Virus record (IMG/VR): IMGVR_UViG_2537561691_000015
Reading direction: 5' to 3' (one strand)
Length of the DNA stretch: 23,647 nucleotides
DNA from: a virus
Taxonomy: Duplodnaviria; Heunggongvirae; Uroviricota; Caudoviricetes
Made by a program: the position numbers and the translations under genes. The notes beneath the pieces were generated by a model. It searched no databases. It worked only from the letters and a program-made list of their open reading frames with translations, and was not told the origin of the DNA. Shown here one piece after another: positions 17,361 to 23,647 of this stretch (position 1 is its first letter; each line of letters starts with the position of its first letter).

Positions 17361-17684
17361 GTGAGCACCATTCAAACAGGGATCACAGAGCAGGTTATTG
17401 CGTGGCTCTTTGACCACCTGCCAACGGTGTATGCAGTAGGCGCGGCAGTCAGCATTTCCGCGCTGATGAGTCTTTATGACGGACGAACACTGGTTCAGAC
17501 CGTAACGGGATCGCTGGCGTGCGGCGTTCTTGCCATGGCCGTGGCCGGGTCGTTGCGCTTCTTCGGGTTTCCTGAAGATGCCGTGACGTTTATCGGCGCA
17601 TCAATCGGTTTTATGGGCGCAGAGAAAGCACGCGACAAGGTTATTGCGGCCTTTAATCGCAGGGGGAAGGAGAAGGACGAATGA
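17361..17684 (+). CDS. Holin
   Basis: 107 aa from GTG 17361 preceded by GGGGGAG RBS; two to three hydrophobic helices and a charged C-terminus 'RRGKEKDE'; immediately upstream of the endolysin. Confidence 0.6.
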   Translation: MSTIQTGITEQVIAWLFDHLPTVYAVGAAVSISALMSLYDGRTLVQTVTGSLACGVLAMAVAGSLRFFGFPEDAVTFIGASIGFMGAEKARDKVIAAFNRRGKEKDE

Positions 17685-18073
17685 GCAACACATTTAAATT
17701 CAGCAGCCGGAGCGAAAAGAATTTGCAGGGCGTAAATCCTGATCTGGTGAAAGTGACCCGACGGGCACTGGAAATTTCGGAAGTGGATTTTGGTATCACC
17801 GAAGGGTTGCGCAGCCGTTACCGCCAGAAGCAACTTGTGGCCACAGGTAAGAGCCAGACCATGAACAGCCGCCACCTTACGGGACATGCCGTGGATGTTG
17901 TGGCTTATATCGGCAGCCAGGTGTCATGGGAATGGCCGCTGTACGAAAAAATCGCAGCAGCATTCAGACAGGCCAGCCGGGAGCTGAATATTCCGGTGGA
18001 ATGGGGCGGCGACTGGAAGACCCTGAAAGACGGACCGCATTTTCAGTTACCACACGGAGTCTATCCGGCATGA
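17681..18073 (+). CDS. Endolysin, zinc peptidase M15 type (L-alanyl-D-glutamate peptidase-like)
   Basis: 130 aa; 'SRHLTGHAVDV' (S-x-H-x2-G-x-A-x-D) and C-terminal 'DGPHFQ' match the M15 zinc-ligand pattern; ATGA coupling to holin. Confidence 0.75.
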   Translation: MSNTFKFSSRSEKNLQGVNPDLVKVTRRALEISEVDFGITEGLRSRYRQKQLVATGKSQTMNSRHLTGHAVDVVAYIGSQVSWEWPLYEKIAAAFRQASRELNIPVEWGGDWKTLKDGPHFQLPHGVYPA

Positions 18074-18477
18074 AGCTCTGGCCCACGCTGGGTGTCGCTT
18101 TCCTTCTGATTGCCGCATGGGGAACATCCATGCGTCTGTCATGGTCGCTGGGCCGGGAGAACGCCAGAAACGAAGCGCAGGCCAGCACCCTGAAACGTAC
18201 CGCCGACACCCTGAATATCATTAGCGCCGGGGTACAGGATATGCAGCAGGTGCTGGCGCAACTCCGCGTGGAAAATCAGCAACGCAATCAGGACGGAGAG
18301 GCAAGACGTGAACAGCTACGCAACGATATTGCAAAAGATGAATGCGCCCACGCTTTGCCTGACGCTCGTTTTACTGACAGGCTGCGCAGGCACGCAGAAC
18401 GCGCCACGGCCAGCGCCGTCAGTCCGGCTTATACCGCAGACGCTGACCATACCGGTAACGCCTCCCCCCTTCCCTGA
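18070..18477 (+). CDS. lysB: i-spanin (Rz / LysB-like)
   Basis: 135 aa from ATG 18070 (ATGA overlap with endolysin stop); N-terminal TM 'LWPTLGVAFLLIAAWG' then Q/R-rich coiled region. Confidence 0.6.
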   Translation: MKLWPTLGVAFLLIAAWGTSMRLSWSLGRENARNEAQASTLKRTADTLNIISAGVQDMQQVLAQLRVENQQRNQDGEARREQLRNDIAKDECAHALPDARFTDRLRRHAERATASAVSPAYTADADHTGNASPLP

Positions 18478-18628
18478 CACTCCCACATGGGGAAATCTCG
18501 GTATATGGGGCGACCGCCTTCTGGATGCACTGGAAACCTGTAACGCGGATAAACGGGCCATTGAATTACTGGAACAGCGCAGGCTGCAACGACTGAACAA
18601 CGAGGACAACAACCATGCTGAAAACTGA
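18338..18628 (+). CDS. lysC: o-spanin (Rz1 / LysC-like outer-membrane lipoprotein), overlapping the i-spanin out of frame
   Basis: 96 aa from ATG 18338; lipobox 'LLTGC'; proline-rich; begins inside the i-spanin gene and extends past it, as in P2. Confidence 0.6.
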   Translation: MNAPTLCLTLVLLTGCAGTQNAPRPAPSVRLIPQTLTIPVTPPPFPDTPTWGNLGIWGDRLLDALETCNADKRAIELLEQRRLQRLNNEDNNHAEN

Positions 18629-19082
18629 TTCCCTGCGTGAAGCCATGACCCGTTCATGCCGATGGTGTCAGGCCAACCCGGAAAAATTCACCATTTTCGT
18701 GGAGAGCGGCAACATTGAAACGACCGGAGAAACGCCCTCGTTTGTTTACCGCTATCAGATGGTGATGTTTGTCATGGATTACGCCGGGGAGCTGGACGAC
18801 CTCACGCTGCCGCTACTGGCGTGGTTATCCGAAAATCAGCCACAGTTGTTGCTCAATCCGGAGCGTAATCAGGACATCAAATTTTCCGCCGTTATCAATG
18901 ACGATGACAGCGCCGATCTCCTGTTTACGCTCCCCCTGCGGGAACGCGTTCGCATTACGCGCAGCAGTCAGGGTACACCGCAGGCAGAACACCTGCCAGA
19001 GCCAAAACCCCGTCTGCCCTCTTCCGAAGGCGACTGGTCGCATGTATTCCAGGATGTGACGTGGGGTGAAAGCGATGGATAA
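18615..19082 (+). CDS. R: Tail completion protein (P2 gpR-like)
   Basis: 155 aa, the same length I recall for P2 R; position after lysis genes. Confidence 0.8.
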   Translation: MLKTDSLREAMTRSCRWCQANPEKFTIFVESGNIETTGETPSFVYRYQMVMFVMDYAGELDDLTLPLLAWLSENQPQLLLNPERNQDIKFSAVINDDDSADLLFTLPLRERVRITRSSQGTPQAEHLPEPKPRLPSSEGDWSHVFQDVTWGESDG

Positions 19083-19710
19083 GGCATTCACCCGTGTGGA
19101 TGAAACCTTTGAGGCCATCCGCGACAGCCTGAATCAGCAGGTCATCAATAACATCGCCAGAAAGCTGGCACAGGATTTACGCCGCGCCCAGCAGGCACGT
19201 ATCCGGTCACAGAAAGCGCCGGACGGGACCGCGTGGACACCTCGCAGACGCCGCGTAACCCGGATACAGGAGCGCATTCGCTTTATCTGGAATAACGAAG
19301 CACGCACGCTGAAAAACTGGCATCACGACACGGGGAAATACGGGCGAACCATTACCGGGTGGGATGAGGATAAAAACAATATCCGCACGTTTTACCGGGA
19401 TGACATCGACCGTTTTCTGGAAATACGCACCCGGCGCATCAACCAGGACAGCACAAAGCGCGTCCCCATGTTCGTAAAACTGCGCACCGCCCGCTACCTG
19501 AAAGCCCGTGCAGATGCTTCCGGTGTGACGGTGGGTTACAGCGGCGTGGCCGCACGTATTGCACGCGTTCATCAGTTCGGTGAGCGCGATCAGGTTGCGC
19601 CGGGCATTTTCACCGATTACCCGGTACGTGAGCTGCTGGGTATCAGCCAGGCAGATGAGCGCCTGATTTATAACACGGTGCTGGGTCGGATTGCGGAGGC
19701 TGTACGGTGA
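19075..19710 (+). CDS. S: Tail completion/virion morphogenesis protein (P2 gpS-like)
   Basis: ATG 19075 with GGGGTGA RBS, overlapping the R stop; 211 aa; position between R and V. Confidence 0.7.
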   Translation: MDKAFTRVDETFEAIRDSLNQQVINNIARKLAQDLRRAQQARIRSQKAPDGTAWTPRRRRVTRIQERIRFIWNNEARTLKNWHHDTGKYGRTITGWDEDKNNIRTFYRDDIDRFLEIRTRRINQDSTKRVPMFVKLRTARYLKARADASGVTVGYSGVAARIARVHQFGERDQVAPGIFTDYPVRELLGISQADERLIYNTVLGRIAEAVR

Positions 19711-20288
19711 GCGCAGAACTCATGCGACTGCTGAGCAATATCATCCGTACCGGGATCATCTCTGAAGTTGATGAGAAGTCCTGGCGCGTGCGCGTTCGCA
19801 GCGGCGGACTGGAAACAGGCTGGCTGCGCTGGAACACCACGCGCGCGGGAGCCTTCAATGTGTGGCTGCCGCCATCACCCGGCGAACAGGTGGTAATTGC
19901 CTGCATTGGCGGCAACCCGGAAACCGCCATGATAATTGGCAGCCTGTGGAGTGATGCCAGTCCGCCCCCCGGCAAAAGCCTGAAAGAAATCGTGGTCAGC
20001 GCGCCGGACGGCGCGGTGTTCCGCTACGACGCGGACGCAGGCGCGCTGAGCGCCAGCGGCATGAAAACAGCCACCCTGCAGGCATCCGTCAGCGTGACAC
20101 TGGACGCGCCCGTCGTGGAATGCACAGACCTTCTGAGAACAGCGACGCTTGACGTCACAAAAGGGGGAAAGATGAGCGGCAATATCACGCACAGCGGCGG
20201 CGATTTCACCTCAAACGGCATCACAGTGCATACGCATAAACACGGTGGCGTGAAAGGCGGCAGCGATTCGACAGGAGGCCCGCAGTGA
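19707..20288 (+). CDS. V: Baseplate spike/assembly protein (P2 gpV-like)
   Basis: 193 aa from GTG 19707 (GTGA overlap with S stop); 'IIRTGII' and 'HTHKHGG' match recalled P2 V; alternative ATG at 19722. Confidence 0.8.
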   Translation: MSAELMRLLSNIIRTGIISEVDEKSWRVRVRSGGLETGWLRWNTTRAGAFNVWLPPSPGEQVVIACIGGNPETAMIIGSLWSDASPPPGKSLKEIVVSAPDGAVFRYDADAGALSASGMKTATLQASVSVTLDAPVVECTDLLRTATLDVTKGGKMSGNITHSGGDFTSNGITVHTHKHGGVKGGSDSTGGPQ

Positions 20289-20635
20289 CAACCCGCTACA
20301 CAGGAATGAATCCGGACGGGACGGGAAACCTGAACGATATGGAGCACCTGAAACAGTCAGTCAGGGACATCCTGACCACCCCGCTGGCAAGCCGGGTTAT
20401 GCGACGGGAATATGGCAGCCTTGTGCCTGATTTGATTGACGAACCCATGAATAACACCACGCGTCTGCAATGCATGAGTGCTGCCGTGATTGCGCTGACA
20501 CGATGGGAACCCCGCATTGCCCTGGATGCCATCGACGTTGTCTGGAAGGCAGGAGGCCGCGCCGGGGTGACGCTGTCGGGCACTGTCATGCAGACCATGC
20601 AGAATGTTGAATTAACCATCACGCTAAGGGAGTAA
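20285..20635 (+). CDS. W: Baseplate wedge protein (P2 gpW / gp25-like)
   Basis: 116 aa from GTG 20285 (GTGA overlap); N-terminus 'MTTRYTGMN...RVMRREYGSL' matches recalled P2 W. Confidence 0.85.
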   Translation: MTTRYTGMNPDGTGNLNDMEHLKQSVRDILTTPLASRVMRREYGSLVPDLIDEPMNNTTRLQCMSAAVIALTRWEPRIALDAIDVVWKAGGRAGVTLSGTVMQTMQNVELTITLRE

Positions 20636-20638
20636 ATC

Positions 20639-21535
20639 ATGCCCGCCGTTGACCTTTCACAGTTACCGGACCCCGCCATCATCGCGGAGCCTGACTTTGA
20701 GGCAATTCTGGCTGACACAAAGGCCATGATGATTGCGGCTTATCCCGCCGAACAGCGTGAAGCCGTCTCCGCCGCGCTGGAGCTGGAATCGGAACCCCTG
20801 AACGTTATCGCCCAGACAACAGCGTTTCGTGAAATGCTGTTACGCCAGCGGGTCAATGAGGGGGCACGCGCCTGCATGTTAAGCCACAGCGCCGGGACAG
20901 ACCTGGACAACCTCGCGGGCAATATGAACACAAAGCGCCTGGTTATCACTCCGGCAACGAATACCACCGACGCGGTGATGGAAAGCGACACCTCGCTGAG
21001 ACTGCGGGCGCAACGGGCGTACGACGGCCTGAGTGTTGCTGGCCCGTCAGGTGCATACGAGTATTTTGCCCGCAGCGCCAGCGGTCTGGTGCGTGATGCG
21101 CGGGCTATCAGTCCGTCTCCGGCAAATGTGACGGTTTCCATCCTGTCCACTGAAGGCGACGGCACAGCAACGGAGGCGTTGCTTAATACCGTTCGCGCCG
21201 TTCTGAATGCAGAGGATACCCGCCCGGTGGCCGACCGCCTGACCGTACAGAGTGCCAGAATCGTGACATGGCGGCTGAATGCAAAACTGTACTTTTACCC
21301 CGGCCCGGAATCCGAACCTATTCTGGCCGCGGCGGAATCGTCGTTCAGCAAGTGGCTGGCTGAGCAGGGGCTTATCGGTCAGGACGTGGCGTTATCCGCC
21401 ATTGCTGCCGCACTGCATGTGCACGGTGTGCAACGCGTGGAGATAATCGAACCCACACAGAATATGGCCATCAGCGACATACAGGCGGCGCGCTGTGAGT
21501 CGTTCACCATCAGCGAAGGTGGGCGCAATGAGTAA
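20639..21535 (+). CDS. J: Baseplate protein (P2 gpJ-like)
   Basis: 298 aa (P2 J about 302 aa); AGGGAG RBS; position. Confidence 0.85.
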   Translation: MPAVDLSQLPDPAIIAEPDFEAILADTKAMMIAAYPAEQREAVSAALELESEPLNVIAQTTAFREMLLRQRVNEGARACMLSHSAGTDLDNLAGNMNTKRLVITPATNTTDAVMESDTSLRLRAQRAYDGLSVAGPSGAYEYFARSASGLVRDARAISPSPANVTVSILSTEGDGTATEALLNTVRAVLNAEDTRPVADRLTVQSARIVTWRLNAKLYFYPGPESEPILAAAESSFSKWLAEQGLIGQDVALSAIAAALHVHGVQRVEIIEPTQNMAISDIQAARCESFTISEGGRNE

Positions 21536-22058
21536 TTCGCTGTTACCACCATCAGCCAGCAATTTCATGCGTTGCGCCGAAGCTGTCGGAGCGCGCATTA
21601 CAAACATCCCGGTAGACCTCAACACGCTGTGGTCACCGGATACCTGCCCGGTGCATCTGCTGCCTTATCTCGCCTGGGCATTTTCCGTTGACCGCTGGGA
21701 TCGCAACTGGCCGGAAGAGACAAAGCGACAGGTTATTCGTGATGCATGGCTGATACACCGACACAAAGGGACCATCAGCGCACTGCGCCGGGCCATTGAG
21801 CCGCTGGGATACCTCATTCGCGTGTCTGAGTGGTGGGAGTTCGGCGGAGAACCGGGAACATTTACCGTTGAAGTCGGCACGCTGGACAGTGGCGTGACGG
21901 AGGAAATGTATCTGGAAATGGAGCGGTTGATTGCTGATGCCCGCCCGGTCAGCCGCCACATGACAGGGCTGAATATCATTCAGGAAATTCCGGGGGATAT
22001 TTTCGCAGCGGCGGCAACTTATGACGGTGAAGTTATTACCATTTATCCAGGCGATTAA
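21528..22058 (+). CDS. I: Baseplate/tail protein (P2 gpI-like)
   Basis: 176 aa from ATG 21528 overlapping the J stop by 8 nt (track start 21495 is GTG); length matches P2 I as I recall it. Confidence 0.8.
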   Translation: MSNSLLPPSASNFMRCAEAVGARITNIPVDLNTLWSPDTCPVHLLPYLAWAFSVDRWDRNWPEETKRQVIRDAWLIHRHKGTISALRRAIEPLGYLIRVSEWWEFGGEPGTFTVEVGTLDSGVTEEMYLEMERLIADARPVSRHMTGLNIIQEIPGDIFAAAATYDGEVITIYPGD

Positions 22059-22060
22059 GC

Positions 22061-23647
22061 ATGAGTACCACAACACGAAAATTTAAAACCGTTATCACCG
22101 ATACGGGTGCAAAAAAATTAGCTCAGGCAGCCGCGCCAGATGGTAAGCCTGTCCGCCTGACTCATATGGCCGTGGGCGACGGTGGCGGCGCGTTGCCCAC
22201 ACCAGACAGTAAGCAGACCCGTCTGGTGCATGAGGTGTGGCGACACACTGTTAATCGCGTCATCCTGGACGCAACACATCAGAACCGCATTATTGCGGAG
22301 CTGGTTATTCCTCCTGAAACGGGCGGATTCTGGATCCGGGAAATTGGTGTATTTGATGAGCACGGCGATTTAATCGCGGTGGGCAATACTGCCGAAAGTT
22401 ACAAACCAACCGTTGCCGAAGGGTCCGGACGTGCACAAACATTTCGCACTATTCTGACCGTATCCAGCACTGCCACCGTGGCGCTTACCGTGGATAACAC
22501 CATGGTGATGGCCACAGTGGATTACGTGGATGACAAACTGAAAGAGCATGAACAGTCACGACGTCACCCGGACGCCTCGCTGACCGCAAAAGGCTTTGTT
22601 CAACTCAGTAGCGCCACTAACAGCGATTCTGAAACGCTGGCTGCAACGCCGAAAGCGGTTAAGGCCGCGTATGACCTGGCTAACGGAAAATATACCGCTC
22701 AGGACGCCACGACGGCACGAAAAGGGATAGTCCAGCTCAGCAGTGCAACCAACAGCACGTCTGAAACGCTGGCAGCGACACCAAAAGCGGTTAAGGCGGT
22801 AATGGATGAAACGAACAAGAAAGCCCCATTAAACAGCCCGGCACTGACCGGAACGCCAACAACACCAACTGCACAACAGGGAACGAATAATACCCAAATC
22901 GCAAGCACGGCTTTTGTTATGGCCGCGATTGCCGCACTTGTAGACTCTTCACCTGACGCACTGAACACGCTGAACGAGCTGGCGGCGGCGCTGGGCAACG
23001 ACCCGAATTTTGCGACCACCATGACTAACGCGCTTGCGGGTAAGCAACCGAAAGATGCCACCCTGACGGCGCTGGCCGGGCTTGCTACTGCGGCAGACAG
23101 GTTTCCGTATTTTACGGGGAATGATGTTGCCAGTCTGGCAACCCTGACAGAAGTCGGGCGGGATATTCTTGCGAAATCGACCGTTGCCGCCGTTATCGAA
23201 TACCTCGGTTTACGAGAACTCGGCACAAGCGGGGAGAAAATACCGTTACTCAGTACAGCGAATACCTGGACTAATCGACAAACATTCAGCGGTGGCCTTT
23301 CTGGTGAACTATCCGGCAATGCTTCTACAGCTGCAAAATTAAAAACTGCCAGGAAAATAAGCAATGTGGCTTTTGATGGTTCCTCCGATATCACATTAAA
23401 AGCAAGTCATGTTGGTGCGTTTGCCTTAGGGAAAACAGGAAGCACCGTTGCGAATGATAAAGCAGTTGGATGGAACTGGAGTAGCGGAGCCTATAACGCA
23501 ACTATTAGTGGTGCATCAACGTTAATTATTCATTTTTATATGGGAGAAGGAAGTTGTCCTGCAGCTCAGTTTCGGATTAATTATAAAAATGGCGGTGTTT
23601 TTTATCGTTCAGCCCGTGATGGTTATGGTTTTGAAGCCGACTGGTCC
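22061..23647 (+). CDS. H: Tail fibre protein (P2 gpH-like), 3'-truncated by the window edge
   Basis: Open frame from ATG 22061 to the end of the window (529 codons, no stop, hence absent from the ORF track); N-terminus 'MSTTTRKFKTVITDTGAKKLA' and internal 'QLSSATNS.SETLAATPKAVKA' repeats are typical of P2-family tail fibres. Confidence 0.85.
   Translation, partial: MSTTTRKFKTVITDTGAKKLAQAAAPDGKPVRLTHMAVGDGGGALPTPDSKQTRLVHEVWRHTVNRVILDATHQNRIIAELVIPPETGGFWIREIGVFDEHGDLIAVGNTAESYKPTVAEGSGRAQTFRTILTVSSTATVALTVDNTMVMATVDYVDDKLKEHEQSRRHPDASLTAKGFVQLSSATNSDSETLAATPKAVKAAYDLANGKYTAQDATTARKGIVQLSSATNSTSETLAATPKAVKAVMDETNKKAPLNSPALTGTPTTPTAQQGTNNTQIASTAFVMAAIAALVDSSPDALNTLNELAAALGNDPNFATTMTNALAGKQPKDATLTALAGLATAADRFPYFTGNDVASLATLTEVGRDILAKSTVAAVIEYLGLRELGTSGEKIPLLSTANTWTNRQTFSGGLSGELSGNASTAAKLKTARKISNVAFDGSSDITLKASHVGAFALGKTGSTVANDKAVGWNWSSGAYNATISGASTLIIHFYMGEGSCPAAQFRINYKNGGVFYRSARDGYGFEADWS
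22592..22801 (+). repeat. Two diverged direct copies of an ~80-bp tail-fibre repeat unit inside gene H
   Basis: Peptide units 'GFVQLSSATNSDSETLAATPKAVKAAYD' and 'GIVQLSSATNSTSETLAATPKAVKAVMD' about 130 bp apart, seen in the translation. Confidence 0.5.

Noticed and set aside
22699-23394. 231-aa minus-strand ORF
   Set aside because: Antisense within tail-fibre gene H; low-complexity Ala/Ser-rich translation mirrors the sense-strand repeats.

Overview
This window is the left two-thirds of a P2-like (Peduovirus-type) prophage of an enterobacterium, running from the integrase to a 3'-truncated tail-fibre gene H. Gene order follows the P2 prophage map as I recall it: int and a C-like repressor on the minus strand; a plus-strand early operon of small regulators ending in the rolling-circle replication gene A; then Q and P (portal, large terminase) on the minus strand; then O-N-M-L-X, a lysis cassette, and R-S-V-W-J-I-H on the plus strand. 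Two blocks look like cargo. The main one is an AT-rich three-gene minus-strand operon (7794-10321) sitting between A and Q, the position P2 uses for tin/old. It encodes a protein with GHKL/anti-sigma-kinase-like ATPase motifs, a small STAS-like protein and a membrane protein. I could not match it to a named defense system and propose it as a candidate undescribed partner-switching-type anti-phage module. The second is a pair of genes (1008-2035) inserted inside the repressor-integrase lysogenic operon. All calls rest on reading the translations and sequence by eye; no searches were run, and homologies are from memory of P2/186 proteins and motif families.
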